DNA of 64,000 nucleotides from Ignavibacteriota bacterium (GTDB taxonomy: Bacteria; Bacteroidota; Ignavibacteria; UBA10030; UBA6906), in NCBI GenBank assembly GCA_963801355.1, contig CAWDEM010000008.1, forward strand, positions 1,696,001 through 1,760,000, in the 5' to 3' direction. The translations under genes were made by a program, and so were the position numbers. Under the pieces are notes generated by a model, which saw only the letters and a list, made by a program, of their open reading frames with translations, was not told where the DNA came from and searched no databases. Shown in pieces: positions 56,763 to 64,000 of the stretch. Position 1 is the stretch's first letter. Each line of letters starts with the position of its first letter.

Positions 56763-58343
56763 ATGAATACCCGGGCTCCCTTTCACAGGATACTTCTCAC
56801 CACGATCCACCAGCCGCTCGGCATCGAGTCTCACAACTCTACCCGTAACATGCAGGCCGAAATGTACAACGCCCAGGTAACGCTCAGTCAGGGTGCATTC
56901 AGCATTCGGGCGGTATGTACTGGATGGGGACTGGAGTTCATTGCTGCCAATCTCAAAACCTCCACGACAGTGCTCCACTATCCCACCCTCCGGCGCCTCA
57001 AGAGCGAGTTGCACAAAGGGTATGACTTCATCGGGATCAGCTTTGCGATTTGTACGTATCCAAAGGCTGTGGAAATCTGCAGGCTTGTCCGCGACTGTGC
57101 CCCGCACACCAAAATCGTACTGGGCGGGTACGGAACGGTGCTGACGGAATGTGACCAGCATGCTGATTATGTCTGCCGCGAGGAGGGGGTGATTTTTTTC
57201 AGACGTCTTCTCGGTGAATCAGAGAACGACAAATTCACGCTGCCCGTCATCATCCGGAAGCTCAAGGTGTTATCGGTTTCCACCGGTCCCGAACTGATCG
57301 TGCCCACCGGCCTGGGGTGCTCCAGGGGGTGCGATTTCTGCTGCACCAGCCACTTTTTCAACAGGCGCTATTATCCGCTCGTCAGGAGCGGAAAGGAGAT
57401 ACATGATTTCATCTGTTCCGTGGATGTGGGCAAAAGCACCTACCGGGATGTCGGAATCATCGACGAGGACTTTCTTCTTGATCACTCCCGGGGTAGAGAA
57501 CTGGCGGAATGGAACTCCCGGGAATTGGAAAAACCCATTCTCTTTTCATGCTTGACTTCGCTTAAGAGTATCTCCCAGTATTCGACAACCGAACTGCTCT
57601 CCATGGGACTCGCGGGCGTATGGGTGGGGATTGAATCCAAGCAGGCAACCTACGGCAAACTGAAAGATGTCGACGTTGCGCGGACGGTGACCGACTTGAA
57701 GGCCAACGGTATAAGCGTGCTGGCATCTATGATCCTCGGTTACGATTGGCACGATACAAGCTCGATTGAGGATGACTTCCAGTACCTTCTCTCCCTCAAA
57801 CCGACTCTCAGCCAGCTGATGCTCTATAGTCCGTGTCCCCAGACTCCTCTTTACGAACGTATGCGCAGGGCAGGACGCATGCTGGAAGTCCCCTATCAAT
57901 ACTATGACGGATTCCATCTCCTCTTCACACACCCCCACTTCTCTTCCGGGGAGCTGGAGAGGCTTATCATGCAATTATTCGAGCGTGAATATGAGGAACT
58001 GGGTCCGTGCATTTTCCGCGTACTCGAAGTGCACCTGAACGGATTCGAGCAGTTGAGGAACGGCGAGAGAGTTTTGTTCCGGAGGCGGGCACGTGAACAC
58101 CAGCGGATGGCATTGGAGATCTATCCTCTTCTCCGCATGGGAATCAGCAAGGCGCCGTCGGGTCATGTGAAAGACTACCTGACAAGCTTGCGGGAACGGA
58201 TGGAGTCGCTTATGCGAATTCCCATATCTGCCCGGTATCTGCAGCTTGCCGTACCCTTTCTGTATCACTACACCGATTGGCATCAGAAACGCCCATACGC
58301 TCAACCGCGAGAGATCATCCACCGCTATCGTCAATCGGCGTGA
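56763..58343 (+). CDS. Cobalamin (B12)-binding-domain radical SAM protein
   Basis: N-terminal Rossmann-like YDFIGISF...KIVLGGYG; GCSRGCDFC, IIDEDF, GIES and PCPQTPLYERM. Confidence 0.88.
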   Translation: MNTRAPFHRILLTTIHQPLGIESHNSTRNMQAEMYNAQVTLSQGAFSIRAVCTGWGLEFIAANLKTSTTVLHYPTLRRLKSELHKGYDFIGISFAICTYPKAVEICRLVRDCAPHTKIVLGGYGTVLTECDQHADYVCREEGVIFFRRLLGESENDKFTLPVIIRKLKVLSVSTGPELIVPTGLGCSRGCDFCCTSHFFNRRYYPLVRSGKEIHDFICSVDVGKSTYRDVGIIDEDFLLDHSRGRELAEWNSRELEKPILFSCLTSLKSISQYSTTELLSMGLAGVWVGIESKQATYGKLKDVDVARTVTDLKANGISVLASMILGYDWHDTSSIEDDFQYLLSLKPTLSQLMLYSPCPQTPLYERMRRAGRMLEVPYQYYDGFHLLFTHPHFSSGELERLIMQLFEREYEELGPCIFRVLEVHLNGFEQLRNGERVLFRRRAREHQRMALEIYPLLRMGISKAPSGHVKDYLTSLRERMESLMRIPISARYLQLAVPFLYHYTDWHQKRPYAQPREIIHRYRQSA

Positions 58344-58376
58344 ACAGATGCGAAAGCCCGGGGTCTGAAGGGTGCC

Positions 58377-59501
58377 ATGTCATTGATCATAAGAACAGTG
58401 CAGTCGCAGAGGGAGATGAAGCGCTTCATCCGGCTTCCGGGGATCATTCATGCTCATCATGCAGGGTGGGTGCCGCCGATCTATTCCGACGACAAAAGGA
58501 CATTCGATCCCCGCCGCAATCTGGCCCATGGTTATTGCAGCAGCATCTATGTTCTTGCCTATGAGGATGGCACGGTGGTAGGCAGAGCCGCCGGCATCAT
58601 CAACTGGCGCTACAACAGCTTCCGGGACTCACGCACTGCACGATTCGGCTACCTGGAATCCCCCCAGAGAGATGACGTAACCGCTGCATTGCTGCATCGC
58701 ATCGAAGCATGGGCGCGTGCGGAGGGCATGACAAGAATCGTCGGCCCGATGGGTTTCACCGAAGAGGATCCCGAAGGTTTCATGATTGAAGGTTTCGATC
58801 AGCTGCCCAACCTCTCGACGTATCACAACTTCCCATCGCTCCCGGAATCGCTTGAACATCTCGGCTACTCCAAAGAGGTGGACTATGTTGTGTACCAGGT
58901 GCCTCTGGCGACGGCACTGTCCGATACGTACCGGCAGATATACGAGCGGGTCCGCAGGAAAGTGGAGTTCACCGTGGTGGAATTCACGCGTCGCCGGGAG
59001 ATTGAACCCTACATTCGCCCCATCTTCCGGCTTATGAATGAATGTTTCGTCCCTATCTATGGATACTCACCCCTTGACGAACAGGAGATGGATCTGCTTG
59101 CCCGGCGATACATGCCGGTGGTGGACCCACGGTTCATAAAACTCGTCACAAATGCCCAGAGAGAATTGGTCGGCTTCATCATCGGAATCCCCAGCATTGC
59201 GGATGGCATCCGTCGCGCAAAGGGGTGGTTGTTGCCGTTCGGCATCTTCAAGATCCTGAGGGCACGGCGCCGGGCACACAAATTGGATCTCTACCTCGGC
59301 GGCATCAAAGGATCCTGTCGTGATCGAGGTGTCGACATCCTGCTCGGCTGTAGCATAATCGAGTCGGCCACAAAGGCGGGATTCGATTTCATGGATAGCC
59401 ACCACGAACTGGAGCTGAATGTGAAAATGCGTTCCGAGATGGAACGGATCGGCGGACGCATATACAAGCGCTACAGAATATTTCAGAAGGGCCTGGGATG
59501 A
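58377..59501 (+). CDS. YghO-like GNAT acyltransferase (bacterial ceramide synthase-like family)
   Basis: MKRFIRLP, WVPPI, VVGRAAGIIN, ARFGY, EAWARAEGMTRIVGPMGFT, GFMIEGFD, GYSKEVD, GWLLPFG and YKRYRIFQK. Confidence 0.75.
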   Translation: MSLIIRTVQSQREMKRFIRLPGIIHAHHAGWVPPIYSDDKRTFDPRRNLAHGYCSSIYVLAYEDGTVVGRAAGIINWRYNSFRDSRTARFGYLESPQRDDVTAALLHRIEAWARAEGMTRIVGPMGFTEEDPEGFMIEGFDQLPNLSTYHNFPSLPESLEHLGYSKEVDYVVYQVPLATALSDTYRQIYERVRRKVEFTVVEFTRRREIEPYIRPIFRLMNECFVPIYGYSPLDEQEMDLLARRYMPVVDPRFIKLVTNAQRELVGFIIGIPSIADGIRRAKGWLLPFGIFKILRARRRAHKLDLYLGGIKGSCRDRGVDILLGCSIIESATKAGFDFMDSHHELELNVKMRSEMERIGGRIYKRYRIFQKGLG

Positions 59502-60244
59502 CCGGAGAGAAACAGAGGTCGCGGTACCTGACAATCACGCTTTCGTTCTACGTGATATGGACTGCTCTGTTCATTGCTGAAGGATTCTACGTCGTCACCT
59601 TGCCGACAACTGATTTGTCGTCCTGGTTCGACAGGCATCTGCCGGTGGTGCCGGAATTTGTCTGGATCTACGTTCTCTGCTACGTGTTTCCGTTCACTAC
59701 CCTATTCGTAGTGTCCGATTGGCACCGTTTCAATATCGCCCTCCTGAGCATCACGATGTGCACATGTGTGGCTTATGTGTTTCACATCGCCATTCCCGTG
59801 GCATTCCCCCGCCCCACCCTGGGATCATCGCTATCGTCTCAAATGCTGGCATTCATTTATGACAACGACTTCAAACCGGGTGCGCAGAATTTCCCAAGCC
59901 TGCATGTTGCAATCGCACTAATCATTTACTTCACATGCCGGCAACAGGGCTTAGGTAAAACCGCGGAGTGGGCGATTCTCGCAATAGCATTGCTGATCGT
60001 CCTTTCCACTGTATTGATAAAGCAACATCTGGTCATTGACCTTGTCGGAGGAGTGGCCCTGGCGGTAGTCGTCTGGGGAGTCCTATCACGAGTCTATTGG
60101 CGTGCTGTTTTCGCGGAGGAAGAACCCCTCCATGCTTTGGCAACAATGACGAGGAGACTGGCCCCTCTGTATCTCTTTTCTGCAGGGTGTGTGATTGCGA
60201 CGGGAATAGCCCGGGCAATGATTACCGGTTCGCCCGGAAAGTGA
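59498..60244 (+). CDS. PAP2-superfamily membrane protein (AUR1/inositol-phosphorylceramide-synthase-like)
   Basis: Multi-TM; PVAFPRP, NFPSLHVA and STVLIKQHLVIDLVGG (His/Asp catalytic motifs); ATGA overlap with the GNAT gene. Confidence 0.8.
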   Translation: MTGEKQRSRYLTITLSFYVIWTALFIAEGFYVVTLPTTDLSSWFDRHLPVVPEFVWIYVLCYVFPFTTLFVVSDWHRFNIALLSITMCTCVAYVFHIAIPVAFPRPTLGSSLSSQMLAFIYDNDFKPGAQNFPSLHVAIALIIYFTCRQQGLGKTAEWAILAIALLIVLSTVLIKQHLVIDLVGGVALAVVVWGVLSRVYWRAVFAEEEPLHALATMTRRLAPLYLFSAGCVIATGIARAMITGSPGK

Positions 60245-60349
60245 ATTCCTCCCCTTTCGGGCCGAATTGCCGTTGTAACTCCATTCTTGCTTTCATCGTA
60301 TGTATATAATCTGTATCATATCTGACATTCCCAGAGGAGGCCATTCTTC

Positions 60350-63300
60350 ATGAAATCCACCCGAATTACACTGCTTCTCTGTTTCGTTGTGCTTGGACTG
60401 GTTCCTGCCAGCACGCTGGCTCAACTCGACGCGCGTATGATGCGCAACCCGCATGTGTCCCAGACACAGATCGTCTTCTCGTACGGCGGCGACCTGTGGC
60501 TCGTTCCGAAAGAAGGAGGCACCGCGGTCCGGCTCAGCTCCCCGAAGGGGGAGGAACTGTTCCCCCGCTTCTCTCCCGATGGCAAGTTCATTGCGTATAG
60601 CGCGGAATATGATGGGAACCTGGACGTGTACGTCATCCCGAGTACCGGCGGAGAGCCCGTCCGGGTCACTTCCCATGGCTACGCTGACCGCGTCGTCGCA
60701 TGGTATCCCGACGGTTCCCGGATCCTGTTCGCCTCGGCAATGGTCTCGGGGCGTCAGCGCTTCAATCAGTTCTTCAGCGTAAGTCCAAAGGGCGGCCTCC
60801 CCGAGAAGCTGCCGCTTCCGTATGGAGAGATGGCTTCCTTCTCGCCCGATGGGAAGAAACTCGCCTACACCTATGTGACACAGGCGTTCCGCACATGGAA
60901 GCGCTATCGCGGCGGATGGGCGCCGGACATCCATCTGTTTGACCTGGAGAAGATGACCGACGAAAACATCACCGCGAACATTGCCATTGACGAGTTCCCG
61001 ATGTGGCATGGTGATAAGATCTACTTCCTCTCAGACCGCGGACCCGAGCTGAGGATGAATGTCTGGGTCTATGATATCAACTCAAAGCAATCCCGCCAGA
61101 TCACTTCATTCAAAGACTACGACATCACATTCCCCGCATTGGGGAAATCGGAGATCGTGTTCGAAGCCGGCGGAAGACTCTATCTGCTGGATATCGCCAC
61201 CGAAAAGTCGCGCGAGATTCCGGTGAAGGTAGTTACAGATGAAATCACTCTGCTTCCCCGCATGGAGAACGTCAGCAAGCTGATCCGGAACTACAGCATC
61301 TCCCCTGACGGCAAGCGTGTGCTCATCGAAGCCCGTGGCGAGGTTTTCTCCGCGCCGGCGGAGAACGGCCCCGTGTTCAACCTGACGCGCAGCTCCGGAT
61401 CGGCCGAACGCTATCCTGCCTGGTCTCCCGATGGCAAGCGTGCCGCGTATTGGAGTGACAAATCCGGGGAGTATGAACTGACGTTGTACGATTTTGACAA
61501 ACGCTCCGAACGGTCGGTCACTTCCTACGGGCCCGGCTACCGCTACAACCTCTACTGGTCTCCCAATAGCGCGATGATCGCGTTCATTGACAAGGCAATG
61601 CAGATCAAGATCTATGACATCGAGAAAGATCGCACGGTCGACGTCGACAAGGAGAAATATCTCTACGAGGGAGGACTCATCGGTTTCAGCGTGAGTTGGT
61701 CGCCGGACAGCCGATGGCTTGCCTACGCCCGTGAACTTGACACCAGAAGCAGTGCCATCTGCCTCTACGACACAAAAGAAGCAAAGAGCACACAGGTGAC
61801 ATCCGGATATTATTCGGACATGCAGCCATCATTCGACCCGGACGGCAAGTACCTTTACTTTCTTACGAACCGGAACTTCGTGCCGGTCTATTCGGACATC
61901 GACGGCACCTGGATTTATCCAAACGCGACGGTCATCGCCGCCGCAACTCTGAATGACGATGTCCTCTCGCCCCTGGCCCCCAAGAACGACACACTCGCGG
62001 TAAGCGCCAAGGGAACACTGGAGAGCGACAAGGGGAAGAAGGACGAAAAGAAGGACGAGAAGAAGGACGAAAAAAAGGACGAAAAGAAGGACGAAAAGAA
62101 AGAGGAGAAACCAAAGGAGACCAAAATCACTCTGGCCGGTTTCGAGCAACGGGTCGTCATCCTTCCGCCCGCAGCAGGCAACGTCGGCAATGTGGCCGGT
62201 ATAACCGGAAAGGTTCTGTTCCTCCGAGTACCGAACACCGGTTCGGCCGAGAAGAAAAAAGCGTTGATCTACTACGATCTCGAGAAGCGCGAGGAGAAGA
62301 CCATCGTCGACGACATCGACTTCTTCGAGCCGAGCGCAGACGGAAAGAAGCTTCTGATCGGCAAGGGGACAAACGTCGCGGTGGTCGACATCGCGGAAAG
62401 TCAGAAGATGGACAAGAAGGTGCCAAACGGCAACCTTACGATGACCGTGGACCCGCGGGCTGAATGGAAGCAGATATTCAACGACGTGTGGCGGCTCGAA
62501 CGGGACTTTTTCTACGACCCGAACATGCACGGGGTAGACTGGGATGCTATGCGGACTCGTTATGCGAAGCTTCTGGAAGGTGCCGTTACACGCTCGGATG
62601 TGAATTTCGTTATCGGCGAACTGATCGCAGAGTTGAACGCTTCCCACACCTACCGGGGTGGCGGCGACCTGGAGCAGCCTGAAAGAATCAATGTCGGCTA
62701 TCTTGGCATCGACTGGGAACTCGCTAACGGAGCCTACCGGATCAAGAACATCGTTAACGGCGCCGCGTGGGACACGGAGGTCCGTTCATCGCTTTTGATG
62801 CCCGGCCTCAAGGTAAAACAGGGGGACTATATCCTTGCCGTTAATGGCGAGCCCATTGACGGCAGCCGCGCACCCTGGGAAGCATTCCAGGGACTGGCTG
62901 ACCAGACAGTCGAGCTGACGGTAAATTCCAAACCCTCCATGGATGGAGCCTGGAAGATTACGGTCAAAACCATGGCCGATGAATCGCGTCTCCGTAATCT
63001 CGCATGGATTGAGTCGAACCGGCGGCGCGTCGATGAAGCCTCCGGCGGCCGGATCGGGTACGTCTACGTCCCCAGCACGGGCACCGACGGACAGACTGAG
63101 CTCGTGCGTCAGTTCGCGGCTCAGTTCATGAAGGATGGAATCATCATCGACGAGCGGTTCAACAGCGGCGGGCAGATCCCGGACCGGTTCATCGAGCTTC
63201 TTGACCGGAAGCCCCTTGGATTCTGGGCTGTGCGCGACGGAAAGAACTGGCAGTGGCCTCCCATGGCGAATTTCGGCCCGAAGGTGATGCTCATCAACGG

Positions 63301-63646
63301 ATGGAGCGGCTCAGGCGGCGATGCGTTCCCCGACTACTTCCGGAAAGCGGGTCTCGGCCCCCTGATCGGTTCGCGCACATGGGGCGGCCTCATCGGCATC
63401 AGCGGCGCGCCGGCGTTAATCGACGGAGGAAGCGTCACGGTTCCGACATTCAGGCTCTACCAGCCGGACGGTACATGGTTCAAGGAGGGGCACGGCGTGG
63501 ACCCGGACATTTCTGTTCCTGAGGACCCGGCGAAGCTGGCAAAGGGAGTGGACACGCAATTGGAAAGGGGAATAGAGGAAGTCATGAAGACGCTCAAGGC
63601 ATCACCTTCCCCCTTCCCGAAGCAACCACCGTACGAGAAGAGGTAG
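60350..63646 (+). CDS. Tricorn protease homologue (S41 peptidase with beta-propellers and PDZ)
   Basis: IVFSYGGDLW, repeated FSPDG/WSPD propeller motifs, ELNASHTY, IGYVYVP, IIDERFNSGG, SGSGGD (catalytic Ser), RTWGG and EGHGVDPD. Confidence 0.95.
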   Translation: MKSTRITLLLCFVVLGLVPASTLAQLDARMMRNPHVSQTQIVFSYGGDLWLVPKEGGTAVRLSSPKGEELFPRFSPDGKFIAYSAEYDGNLDVYVIPSTGGEPVRVTSHGYADRVVAWYPDGSRILFASAMVSGRQRFNQFFSVSPKGGLPEKLPLPYGEMASFSPDGKKLAYTYVTQAFRTWKRYRGGWAPDIHLFDLEKMTDENITANIAIDEFPMWHGDKIYFLSDRGPELRMNVWVYDINSKQSRQITSFKDYDITFPALGKSEIVFEAGGRLYLLDIATEKSREIPVKVVTDEITLLPRMENVSKLIRNYSISPDGKRVLIEARGEVFSAPAENGPVFNLTRSSGSAERYPAWSPDGKRAAYWSDKSGEYELTLYDFDKRSERSVTSYGPGYRYNLYWSPNSAMIAFIDKAMQIKIYDIEKDRTVDVDKEKYLYEGGLIGFSVSWSPDSRWLAYARELDTRSSAICLYDTKEAKSTQVTSGYYSDMQPSFDPDGKYLYFLTNRNFVPVYSDIDGTWIYPNATVIAAATLNDDVLSPLAPKNDTLAVSAKGTLESDKGKKDEKKDEKKDEKKDEKKDEKKEEKPKETKITLAGFEQRVVILPPAAGNVGNVAGITGKVLFLRVPNTGSAEKKKALIYYDLEKREEKTIVDDIDFFEPSADGKKLLIGKGTNVAVVDIAESQKMDKKVPNGNLTMTVDPRAEWKQIFNDVWRLERDFFYDPNMHGVDWDAMRTRYAKLLEGAVTRSDVNFVIGELIAELNASHTYRGGGDLEQPERINVGYLGIDWELANGAYRIKNIVNGAAWDTEVRSSLLMPGLKVKQGDYILAVNGEPIDGSRAPWEAFQGLADQTVELTVNSKPSMDGAWKITVKTMADESRLRNLAWIESNRRRVDEASGGRIGYVYVPSTGTDGQTELVRQFAAQFMKDGIIIDERFNSGGQIPDRFIELLDRKPLGFWAVRDGKNWQWPPMANFGPKVMLINGWSGSGGDAFPDYFRKAGLGPLIGSRTWGGLIGISGAPALIDGGSVTVPTFRLYQPDGTWFKEGHGVDPDISVPEDPAKLAKGVDTQLERGIEEVMKTLKASPSPFPKQPPYEKR
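62036..62101 (+). repeat. 12-bp tandem repeat encoding the (KKDE)n linker in the tricorn gene
   Basis: GACGAAAAGAAG-like unit five times from 62042. Confidence 0.85.
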
Positions 63647-63681
63647 GACTTCGAACCAGTCTTGACTCGGCCTTTCATGCA

Positions 63682-63713
63682 ACGATGCCCGCCGGTTCGC
63701 CGGCGGGCATCGT
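63682..63713. terminator. 14-bp perfect hairpin with TTCG loop between convergent genes
   Basis: ACGATGCCCGCCGG-TTCG-CCGGCGGGCATCGT. Confidence 0.75.
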
Positions 63714-63746
63714 CGTAACCAGTCCGCTGATCTTCACGTCCTGCCT

Positions 63747-64000
63747 TCAGAAGCGACTCTCTTCAAGCATTGTTACTTCGCTCCAACTCCCGTCCCGTTC
63801 GAACCGGATCGTCTTGATCTCGTATGGACTGAACTTCAGGATGGCGGAGACATTCGACCGCAACAGGCGAACGGAAGCCCTGGTCTCCTTTCCCACTACT
63901 TCCTGCAATCTCATGACCAGCGCCTTTGCATCCCAGGATCTCTTGCACGCGAGAAGCCTCACCGTCCCTGTCTCCAGGCCCATGATATCCTGCTGACCGG
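63747..64000 (-). CDS. 3' end of a gene entering from the right, probably a GH38 alpha-mannosidase C-terminal domain
   Basis: VRLLACKRSWDAKALVMRLQEVVG...LKFSPYEIKTIRF matches the usual GH38 C-terminal pattern. Confidence 0.6.
   Translation of the reverse strand, partial: GQQDIMGLETGTVRLLACKRSWDAKALVMRLQEVVGKETRASVRLLRSNVSAILKFSPYEIKTIRFERDGSWSEVTMLEESRF

Noticed and set aside
60285-60311. TATAAT upstream of the tricorn gene
   Set aside because: A good -10, but no -35 at 16-18 bp spacing and no proper extended -10; not enough to call a promoter.
62036-62101. KKDE repeat as a novelty
   Set aside because: Charged low-complexity linkers at this position are ordinary in tricorn homologues.

Overview
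A 64-kb GC-rich, gene-dense bacterial window. Type IX secretion (T9SS) C-terminal sorting domains and a PorV/PorQ-family gene point to the FCB group. Shine-Dalgarno sites and a TTGACT-17-TAATAT promoter fit an Ignavibacteria/UBA10030/KSB1-like lineage better than Bacteroidia (inference). Contents, left to right: (1) a partial PQQ-dependent sugar dehydrogenase and a small T9SS protein with a CxxxxCH motif. (2) A 31-kb minus-strand block (33113 to 1815) forming a LacI-controlled carbohydrate-utilisation locus with no SusD: a triple-repeat T9SS protein, TonB-dependent receptor, 1086-aa secreted protein, PorV paralogue, PPIase-like chaperone, ABC sugar transporter, three unassigned glycosidase-like proteins, a polyol-type Zn dehydrogenase and two GH130 phosphorylases, followed by a histidine kinase and a kinase-HAD fusion. 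(3) A SpoIIE phosphatase, a RAYT tyrosine transposase flanked by 12-13-bp repeat arrays, and an NCS1 permease. (4) A six-gene Hyf/Ehr membrane complex whose large subunit lacks the NiFe cysteines. (5) PHP, OmpA, SSS and GH2 genes. (6) A plus-strand operon of three different radical SAM enzymes, a ceramide-synthase-like GNAT and a PAP2/IPC-synthase-like protein; this is the best candidate for an undescribed system (radical tailoring of an amide- or sphingolipid). (7) A tricorn protease and the 3' end of a probable GH38. Five single-base insertions break four genes of the sugar locus and are probably sequencing errors. All family assignments come from motifs recognised by eye; no searches were run.
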